From: Peribolospora baueri
Lineage: Eukaryota
Length of the DNA: 27,390 bases
Reading direction: 5' to 3'
Assembly (NCBI GenBank): GCA_029717555.1
Contig: JAMDHS010000085.1
Location: 62,001-89,390, forward strand
Shown: positions 1 through 8,761 of the stretch, piece after piece
Numbering within the stretch: the first letter of the stretch is position 1
How the letters are laid out: every line of letters starts with the position of its first letter
Translations under genes and position numbers: made by a program
Notes under the pieces: model-generated
What the model was told of the DNA's origin: nothing
Database searches by the model: none
The model's input: only the letters and a program-made list of their open reading frames with translations

Positions 1-688
1 AGTGTGTATTGTATTGATGGATATACCCGTGGGGGCCTCCGAAGGCTGATCTGTGATGCCGGCTTCAGTTCTAACGTCGTTCCGCTCTGCCTTAACTATA
101 CTCGTTCAGGGCTGGAACGTCTGAGAGTCACCTGGAACGGAAGGCAAATATCAAGATGCCCGAACAGCTGATGGCGGTTCTCCTTTATCCTCCTATTCAT
201 GAACGAGTATTGTGCCCAAGGTGGTTCGGCCCACTTCTCGTCCACGTTGGTCCGCATGGGGCTGACTGGCTTGAAGGAAAGGGAAGCCTATGTATTTTAC
301 GACCTTGTCATGTCCAAAATATAGTCAATCCAAAGAAGAGTCGATCAAGGTGACCGTGAACGAACGAAGTTGTCATGCTCGGTGGGGTCAGAGGAACGGA
401 GTGTAGGACAAGATGAATGTCAGTTCTAGCTAGATACCTGGACACAGACCTACGTCAACTTGAGCGTCAGACAGAAAAGAGCGAGACCAAATGCACACAA
501 GCGATCTGAAGTGGTACTGCAAGCATTCGGATGCCACACTTCACCACACCAGATTTGAGCAGGTACGTCGCCATCAGGTAGACGTATGTATGGATGCTGG
601 GGTGTGGACCCGGCCGCGACCCCGATCGATGGCCCGTGCGCGTCTCGCCGGAGCTATACAGCTCGAGTTAAATCCGCGCATGTCCATG

Positions 689-697
689 TAACCCTAA
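689..697 (+). promoter_or_regulatory. Telomere-like TAACCCTAA motif upstream of RPL24
   Basis: TAACCCTAA lies about 105 bp upstream of the RPL24 ATG. Telomere-like (Tbf1/telo-box-type) motifs occur in ribosomal protein gene promoters of some eukaryotes. This is a single short motif. Confidence 0.3.
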
Positions 698-801
698 CTG
701 AACGGCCTTCGAGGAACGACGACTCGAGTCGTCCACAACGTCGTCGCGCCTGGCTTTGGTTATCGTTTCCATCGCTCCTCAAGTTTGTATCGCTCGCCGA
801 G

Positions 802-1625
802 ATGAAGGTCGAGATCTGCTCTTTCTCCGGCGCCAAGATCTACCCTGGCAAGGGTCGCCTCTACGTGAGGGGAGACAGCAAGGTGCGTGTTTACCATGCA
901 GTCGCGACGGCGGGGAACGAGGGAAAGCGAAGATCTCATCGTACTGGAATCCCGCGTTTCTCTTCTCGCGCTTTCACTTCACAAACCGCTTGTTTTACTC
1001 GCGTTCTTCGAATGCCGATCATGCACCTCCCGAACAGGTCTTCCGCTTCGTCAACTCCAAGTCCGAGTCGCTCTTCCTCCAGCGCAAGAACCCGCGCAAG
1101 ATCGCCTGGACGGTCGTCTACCGCCGGCTCCACAAGAAGGGTATCACCGAGGAGGTGGCTAAGAAGCGCTCGCGCAAGAACGTCAAGTACCAGCGCGGTG
1201 TCGTCGGTGCCGACCTCGCTGCCATCGCTGCCAAGCGTAACCAGAAGCCCGAGGTTAGGCAGGCTGCTCGCCAGGCGGCCATCATGGAGGGCAAGGAGAA
1301 GAAGAAGGCCGAGCAGGCTGCGAGGAAGGCGGATAAGGCTAAGGTGAGCAGCAGCGGGTCCTTGAGCAAAAATGGCGTGATAGCCCTCGGTCTGTGCCAA
1401 CTGTAGGGCTGGATAGAGCTGTGGGCGACTGCGGAGCCGCGCGAATGGCGACCGCGAACGGACGAATCGGCAGCAGCTCAAGTGTGCTCAACCCCCTCCT
1501 TTCTCTTTCCTTCCGTGCTTTGTGACCTCCAGTCCGCGACTTCCGCTTCCCGCGGCGCTGGGGGCCCCAAGGTCTCCCGGCAAGGCATGAAGGGCGGTCA
1601 GGCGAAGCAGAAGGCTCGCGTCTAA
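802..1625 (+). CDS. RPL24: 60S ribosomal protein L24 (eL24), 3 exons: 802-882, 1038-1343, 1533-1625 (159 aa)
   Basis: [66 protein letters not shown]...|[22 protein letters not shown]...V* matches eL24. Introns 883-1037 and 1344-1532 are GT-AG. Exon sum 480 nt. Confidence 0.97.
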
Positions 1626-2861
1626 AAGGCCTGTCGTCGTTAGATTCGCCATCGCCACCTGGGCAGTCGTTTGGCGAGGAGACGGTCGGACTAGGCTTCT
1701 GAGCCACATCTTCTCACGGTCGGACATGTCGTGTTGACTAGCCCGTCTTCCCGAACCGACTTGAATGCTTTCCTATGGGGCGACCTAGCGGGCCCGTTTG
1801 TCCTCCTTACCATGCACCCATGCACCCGGTCTTGCAAAAGCCCAGGATGTACTAGTATCGTATGAAGAATACGAGAGAGGGGCAGTCGTCGAGGCCGTCT
1901 CCTCTCGATTGATTCTCATCATCCCTCGCTCCGTCGAACGAAGCGCCTGAACAAGGCACCGGCGGCGGAAATTGGAACGTTCAGGCGGCTTTTCACGAGG
2001 CTTAGAGGCTCACACCCGCAGCTATGAAAGCGAGTCTGGATACGCGACCCTATCGTCCATCTTTTCTTCCACTCCGATCTGGCATCGGATGAGATCCCTT
2101 TACGGCTTTCTTCATGATGGAGGGCAAACCTTGCGACCGTCTCTGTTTCATCTCCTTCATCTTTTTTCATCCTCCCTTGCGTTCTCCCCTGCCACGCTCA
2201 CACACCCTTTGACTTTATTCCAGCTGAACGAACAAGTCGCTCCGATTGCTTTCTTTCTCACCTACACATCTCCCATCTGTTCTGTCCTCCGCATTCATGG
2301 TGTGCTCAGGATCCGCATCGGGCTGACTGGTGACGCAGCTCTCTTTCATGCCATATGATGATATCGAACCACATTGCAGCCAACCCTTGTGAGCGCTCTA
2401 TCCATCACAAACCCGTGAGCCATGAGGGACAAATATTTGACGAAGTACTCTTTTCGAGGTCGCTATGCAGAAACTTGACACCTTTTAGTGGAACCACGAT
2501 TGCTGTGCCTCGTCCTCGTCCAACCCGGCAAGGTGCAGCGGCTCGACGAGCACCCAACTCCACCTGAGCGATCGGGAAAGCCCGTCGCTCAAAGAAAAAC
2601 TTGAAACGTCCGTGACTTCTTGACGTCGATCGAGACGGATTCTCTCATCTATACTTACGCTTCTCAGTACCATACTGACTCTGGCTCCGGCGCACCCAAC
2701 TGGGGTCAACGTTTACATTTTGCAGCCTCGTTTCCTGGCTCAGAATGTGGTGAAACAGAAAATAAGTCCAGCCTGGGGCCTTCAGGGTGCGTGTACACTC
2801 TCGTGTATAACGGAAGCGCCATCCAGTCGTCTAGCTCCTCTACATTGTTTGACTTTTCGCA

Positions 2862-3956
2862 TCTGACCCGAACGATCTCCTCCTGACCTGGATCAATACC
2901 ACCTCGGCTTACATCCACAGCGTCCCGCCCAACCAGCTCGTCACCACTGGCGCCGAGGGTGAGTCGATCCGGTCACCACGCTACACCTCAGTCGGGCCCA
3001 ACACGGGCTGTGTCAATCTGCCCCTTATGTGGCCGCCCGTACGATAAATACATGTTCACACTGATGACCTCTCTTACTCGCCTCCTCCGCTTCTCAGGCA
3101 AGCAGGGAGAATGGTACTGGAAAGCTATGCACAACTTCTCTACCATCGACTACGGATGTGCCCACAGTGAGTCGGGCCGAACCGAGCTGATCGTCCCGGT
3201 CATGGTGCTCCGAATACAACGGATGGGGGGAGAAGGACAATTCTGACTTTTCATGAATTCTTTTCTCTTTTCGTCCATTTTCTCTAGTGTGGGTGCAGAA
3301 TTGATGAGTTAGCTGGCCTGATACCGTGCCGTGCTGGACACCATGGCTCTGGCCCGTCCGTTCGAAAGCTTCTCGAGCTCAACTTAATCGGCGCGTATTC
3401 GCCTTCGACCCTTGTCTTCTCCACGCTCCTTTAGGGGCATCTATAACATGCTCGTCAGCTCCAAGGCGAATCTCCAGAACGCTAAGAACTTTACCACCGT
3501 CTTCCTCTACAAGTGCTTCTGTCTCCCCTCGTTTGATTTCGCACCTCCTGTTAGCCTGGACGTGTTGGATTGCGCTCATCGCAAGGAACGTGCTCGTACC
3601 CATTTTGTGCCTCTTTTTGTATGACGTCGCCCTCACAGCACGAGCCAGTGGGCCATCGATCTGAACAAACCAGTTCTTCTTGAGGAGTTCGGTGAGCCGC
3701 GACGTCGCTGGTCGGGCAAAGGACGCCTGAGAAACTGGCGCCGTCTTTGCGCGTTCCCTCCAACGCAGGCACGGCTCGAGACAACTGGGAAAACAACCCG
3801 CTGGCCCTGCAGGACCACAACAAGACGTACATCTACGCTTCGAACGCGACGACGATGCCCAAGGACTCGTACTTCACCTTCGCCTTCGCGAGTGGCTTTC
3901 AGCAAGGCCCAGTCAGCCGGGATAATCCGGTTCATTTCAGTCGCGCCGTATCTTGA
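2862..3956 (+). pseudogene. Glycoside hydrolase family 5 (beta-mannanase-like) gene fragment; exons about 2862-2958, 3098-3166, 3288-3303, 3435-3512, 3639-3691, 3769-3956
   Basis: Spliced translation: [114 protein letters not shown]...KDSYFT. The H.WVQNWG and KPVLLEEFG (nucleophile) motifs fit fungal GH5 mannanases. I found no N-terminal half or NEP acid/base motif, one donor is ATGAGT (3304), and the C-terminus is lost shortly before a retroelement fragment. Confidence 0.8.
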
Positions 3957-4020
3957 AGATCTGGACAACTATCTAAGCAAGCCATCAATTGTGTTGCGAG
4001 CCAGCAGGATAAGGACACCC

Positions 4021-4505
4021 ACCGGCTTGCTCCATCCCATCTCGTCCTACAGCCGCAAGATGAACCCAGCCGAGCAGAACTACGAGATCCACGACAAGGA
4101 ACTCCTCGCCATCGTGCAGTGTCTCCTGGAATGGAGACTGCGAAGGGAACGTCACGTCCGTCCAAGTCCTCGAAACGTCTTCTCAACCGCCGCCAAGCCC
4201 GGTGGGCGACCCAAGCTCGCCGACTTCGATTTCACAATCAACTACCGACCGGGCCTGGAGGGGGGCAAACCCGACGCATTGACGCGCACGAGCGAGGTCT
4301 ATGTGGGGGGGGGACGCGATCCATCAACGGCAAGACCCGCACGAAGGAGCTGAACTTCACGGCGCTATTGCGGCCGGATCAGCTGAAGGCGGAAGCGAAC
4401 GCATTGGAGACAGCGAAGTGACGACGGTCCCGGACGACATAATCTTGCTCGTCAAGGAGGCGCAAGCCAAGGACGAGAAGATTGCAGGCTGGGTAGCCGA
4501 GCTCC
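4021..4505 (+). mobile_element. Degenerate Ty3/gypsy LTR retrotransposon pol fragment (RNase H and downstream linker)
   Basis: [39 protein letters not shown], then across frameshifts LNRRQARWA and [24 protein letters not shown]. These are the standard gypsy RNase H motifs, here with frameshifts and internal deletions. Confidence 0.9.
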
Positions 4506-4522
4506 ATGGCTTGCGCCTCCTT
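4454..4522. repeat. 20-bp inverted repeat (1 mismatch, 29-nt spacer) at the pol/gag junction
   Basis: 4454-4473 AAGGAGGCGCAAGCCAAGGA is the reverse complement of 4503-4522 TCCATGGCTTGCGCCTCCTT at 19 of 20 positions. Confidence 0.9.
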
Positions 4523-4860
4523 TGGCATGGGCCACTTTGACTCGGCCACTCTTGAACCTGTGGGGCTGCGCCTGGTGGACGAGTCTGACTTGACTGAGGA
4601 AGTCCTCCAGCCTGGCCTGGGAGGACTGGGAGCCGTCGAACTTGTCGGGGTTATTCACCACCCCCCCTCACCGTCGAGGCTGGGCTCCTTGGTGACGGTC
4701 GGCTGCACAAGGCTCTCCGGTTGCGCGGAAGAGGGCGTGTCGCGCCGGACTGCGCGCTCCTCCTCCAGCTCTCGAAGCTGTTCCCGTTGGCTTCGATTTT
4801 CCTCCTCGAGAGCCTTGACGCGTTCGGCGAATTGTTCGACGAGAGTGGCGACAGGGCACA
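4523..4860 (-). mobile_element. Degenerate Ty3/gypsy gag N-terminal fragment, opposite in orientation to the pol fragment
   Basis: The minus strand reads a coiled-coil-like TLVEQFAERVKALEEENRSQREQLRELEEERA, then NNPDKFDGSQSSQARLEDFLSQVRLVHQAQPHRFKSGRVKVAHA. This resembles the P..FDG...L..FL.Q.......P.RF.....KV..A start of the fungal retrotransposon gag domain. Confidence 0.7.
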
Positions 4861-4946
4861 GGGAACCGTGTGATGAGGGGGTTTGGACGACAAAGCGCTC
4901 ATCATCCCTTCAATCAGGGACAGAGGCGCTGGGGTTTATATAGCTT

Positions 4947-5100
4947 TGTCAAAGGACAGGGAGGCGAAGGACGGGGAGACGAGTAAACGAAGGGGCTATT
5001 GTCCAACGTGATCGGTATCGTGATCGGATCACTTCGTTTCAGGCGCACTGCTCCTTTGATCACTCGCAACACTCCCACTCGACCGAGCCGTGGTATTACA
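4947..5100 (-). mobile_element. Possible short LTR upstream of the gag fragment
   Basis: On the minus strand the segment runs TGTAAT...TTGACA (TG...CA ends), just 5' of gag. There is no second copy in the window, so the boundaries are a guess. Confidence 0.25.
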
Positions 5101-5639
5101 CAGTTAATCCCAACTTCCGTATCATTTCCTCGAAAGCGCGTCTTATGGCGACGGCCAAACACCGACGGCGTCGGCGACGGCACTCTCCCAACACCGGGGA
5201 CCCGCACACGCTCGCGGTCCATGCCGCTCGTCAGCTCGTCCAAAAGGATCACACTCGGCTTGCTTGTGAACGACGAAGGAAAGAACAGAGCGGCCTGAGC
5301 GAAGGAAAAGCGTGCGCGACAGTTTCGTCATCCTTGTCCCTGTCAGTGAGGACAGGAGCACTCACCCAAAAGAGAGATAGCCAACGACAGCTTTCGCTGA
5401 TTCCCCCCCGCGAGCGGCGAATTCAGAGTTGGAATCTATTCAGCTCGGAGCTTGGCTTTCAACGTCACGAGCGGACGTGCGGGTCCGGGTCACTCACCTG
5501 CCCATGCTCTCATCAGAAGCGGCGCCGGTGCCGTCACAGAGCCAAGCCGAAAAGATTGACAGTCACCCAACTCGTGCGAACCACGCTCACGGGTCGGAGA
5601 AAGCAAAGCGAGTGGATACTCTGCGTCAAAGTGAGAAAC

Positions 5640-6000
5640 ACGCGTGACAATGAGAAGGATAAGCGCTGTAGAACGTCGAAGCGAGCAGAGTGGCCACGAA
5701 CTGGGACGGGAAGATGAACAGGTGAGCCGACGCTCCGCGCTAGCGGACGCATTCGAGGATCTGCGACTCCACGTAAATCAGAAATACGATCACGTTCCAA
5801 GCGCATACGATTGCGAACGCGGCGAGCTGGGACGGCGCAAAAAGGGAGACGACCGATCGAGGTAGAGAACGGTGACGACCACCGAGGCGATGATGACCGT
5901 GGACGACAGCAAGCACATTTACAAGCCAAACAAAGATCGCCGAGCTAGCTCGCTGTTTGACACCAGGTTGAGAAACACGAAACGCCATCTGTGGAAGACG
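5640..6000 (-). pseudogene. Possible decayed multi-pass membrane protein gene
   Basis: After an acceptor-like CCACAG the minus strand reads RWRFVFLNLVSNSELARRSLFGL*MCLLSSTVIIASVVVTVLYLD, then in another frame QLAAFAIVCAWNVIVFLIYVESQILECVR*...LFIFPSQFVATLLASTFY. These are hydrophobic segments broken by stops and a frameshift. No family recognised. Confidence 0.3.
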
Positions 6001-6813
6001 CTGCATAAAGTGAGCGAGGACGGCGTGATGGGCAGCACTGCCACTTTTCCACGCCTCCTCCTTTCACCGTCCAACCCAAGCCATCGATCGATCGGCACGA
6101 CATCGTCTCGTCTGGTCCAAGGATTCCCAGTGTACGAGATCCAAGTGGACCTGGCTCCGGACGCATCGCGTGAGCGTCTCCCACCCCGGCTCGTAAGGAT
6201 CACTTCGGAGAGCGATGTTTGTGGGGGAGGGGGGGCGTGCATGGCAGTTCGACCGCAAAGGGAACGAGACCCAAGAAAATGGGCGAAAAAAATGTGCCTA
6301 GATGCCCGCTGAGCAACTACGAGGACGTGGAAAGAAGAGGGCGGGCAGTCAGTCGGTGAGACACGATGCATCGCACTGGATCAATGGCACCGCCGAGTGA
6401 TAGTCCCCCAGGTAGCGCGCATCGTAGCCATGTAGCTGTGGGCGGCGACCGTGTTGAAACTCTTCACTGACCCGTGCGAGTGCCACGGACGAAACTAACG
6501 AACAAGCCAGGGGAGTCGAGAAGTCGAGATGGGACAACGCACTTTCCATTCGTTCATGCCGAACCTGTATTCCAAGATGAAATCAATGGAGGGTTTTCAG
6601 ACGCACGTTATCTGCACGCACATGCGGGAGAAAATGAAACGGAACAGAAAAGGTGGGTCCGTAGGTGTCATAAAGTAGCGGACATGGCGAAACGGAAGGA
6701 GCGAGCACGACCAAAGGAAGGAAGAGTCGCGAGAAGCTAAGTCGAGTTGGAACAGCGATGTGGTACTCGGCATGGATTTGAGGTGCGGTCCACGAGAGAC
6801 GGAATGCAGGTGT

Positions 6814-8225
6814 TTACTTGGACATCATCATCTGCGTGCACGAAAGATGCAAAACGGGAGACGTCGTCAGTTTCAGATACTGTGGCCCCAACGTGTCCCA
6901 CGAGCGAGCTGGGGATCACAAAATTTGCACAGGGGCCGATGTGAAATCGTGCCGTGACGTACCTTAACGAACTCATCGTAGTTGATCTTGGGCGGGGAAG
7001 AGACAAAGAAACGATATGAATGAGCACCCTACCACACAACCGGTAGTGCGAACAAGCTCCGGTTATATAAGCCACAAGGGGGCCCAGCGGCGACCATGTG
7101 TCTGCTAGTGGGACGAGCCCGTCTAAAGCCCTCGACAAATCGAATCTTGGAGCTGTAAGAGGACCACCGTGAAACGCTCACCTGACCGTCACCATCAACG
7201 TCCGCCTCACGGATCATCTCATCCACCTCGGTGTCCGACAATTTCTCACCCGTGCTGAGCCAAAAAGGATCGGTCAACGGATGGCACAAAGAGAAAACGG
7301 AAAAGGGGGAATAAGAGAAGAGGAGAGCCGTATCAGGATAGGTATGCAAAGGATGTTGCTCGGGGACGCAGAAAGGAGGATGAAAAAAGACACTCATAGA
7401 TTGCTCATGACGTGCCTGAGCTCGGCAGCGGAGATGAAGCCGTTACCGTCCTTGTCAAAGACCTTGAAAGCCTCCTTGATCTCCTCCTCGCTGTCAGTGT
7501 CCTTCATCTTGCGTGCCATCATGGTAAGGAACTCGGGGAAGTCAATGGTGCCGTTGCCGTCAGCGTCCACCTCGTTCACCATGTCCTGCAGCTCCGCCTC
7601 CGTGGGGTTCTGGCCCAGCGAGCGCATAACCGTGCCGAGCTCCTTGGTGGTGATGGTGCCATCGCCATCTGAAGCGTCGACGAGAAAGGATAAGAAAGAC
7701 CATGAGAAAACTACATGGAGCAGATTGCCCGCAAATGTGCATACGGTGGGGGAGGCTCACCCTTATCGAACAAGGAGAAGGCCTCCTTGAACTCTGCTCA
7801 CGCCCAATCAACGACGCCAACGGTTAAAATGTATGATCAGAAGGAGAAGACGGTGGTAAATGGAGCCGCACGTCAACAAGCGTTGAACACGTACCAGAGA
7901 TCTGCTCTGTAGGGCGAAAGCATCGACGCAAGAAAGACGATTTCGGAGAGGAAAGGACACCATGACACGGTCAGATGATGACTCTACTTCGGTAGAGTCG
8001 CAGTAGCGAGGCATGTTGATGCAATGGGTGCAACCACACCCTAGTTACTAATGCGATGAGTGCAATCACTCACCCTCGGTCTGCATGCCACCCCGCATGG
8101 CGTACATGAAAGCGAAGGACGAAAGAAAGCATGAAGAAGAAAGGTGCGATGAACGACGAGGCCGAAGCGACGACTGGCATCCGTCTGCTCACAAGCTCCG
8201 CTCTACTTACAAGCTGGTCAGCCAT
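6814..8225 (-). CDS. CMD1: Calmodulin, 8 exons: 8225-8211, 8080-8074, 7906-7895, 7793-7761, 7668-7398, 7251-7182, 6986-6963, 6831-6814 (149 aa)
   Basis: [149 protein letters not shown]. Exon sum 15+7+12+33+271+70+24+18 = 450 nt, i.e. 149 aa plus stop. Confidence 0.98.
7252..7397 (-). other. Non-canonical AT-AC intron (146 nt), calmodulin intron 5
   Basis: Minus strand: AAT CT|ATGAGTGTC...CCGTTGACCGATCCTTTTTGGCTCAGCAC|G GGT GAG AAA. Removing it restores N-L-G-E-K. No GT or GC donor is available at this junction. Confidence 0.85.
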
Positions 8226-8761
8226 ATTGGGGTTTCGGGAGGGTGCAGAAGAGGAGAGTGTACGAGGAATGAAACGACGTCGAGATTCGATGGCCGTCGG
8301 TGATGGGAACGATGAGCGGGGCGTGACGTGACGAGCGGCGAGGACAGGGTCGACTGCGGCAACGCGGAGGGCGCTGTTGCGAAGAGCGACTGCGGCTCGA
8401 ATACAGACTGGGAAGCCGCCGGCTCGGTGGGCGTAGAATGGTAAGTGGACAAGTGCATCCTATATCTTCTTCGAGCACCGCCTGCGGGCCACACCCTCAT
8501 GCGAATGCATTGCGATAGACATTGGAAAGAGGTCTATGGGCATGAGGACGAGTGGTCGGGCTTGTAAAAGACGAGAAGCAGCGGCTAGAGGAACGAGGGA
8601 CACTAGATTGTGGAGGGAGGTATCGAACTGATCGCCAAGATAGTGAATGACCCAAGCGCAGTGAAGGAACGATGACCGAGGGGACGCGGTTCAAGAACGA
8701 AAGAATGGAATAAAGATGGAACGAAGGGGAAAAGTAGACCAAAGAAAGAGAACCCTTATGA

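Noticed and set aside
1..600. Short ORFs upstream of RPL24
   Set aside because: No recognisable motif, and I could not build a consistent exon chain.
883..1532. Intronic snoRNA in RPL24
   Set aside because: No convincing C/D (RTGATGA...CTGA) or H/ACA arrangement seen by eye. A covariance-model search would be needed to exclude one.
1900..2860. ORFs at 1972-2358 and 2620-2886 as the missing GH5 N-terminus
   Set aside because: No WEL.NEP or other GH5 motif found, and no clean AG acceptor links them to the exon at 2862.
7252..7397. Calmodulin intron 5 as a U12 (minor spliceosome) intron
   Set aside because: The donor is ATGAGT, not ATATCCTT, and there is no TCCTTAAC branch site. The ATCCTTTT near the 3' end lacks the branch A.
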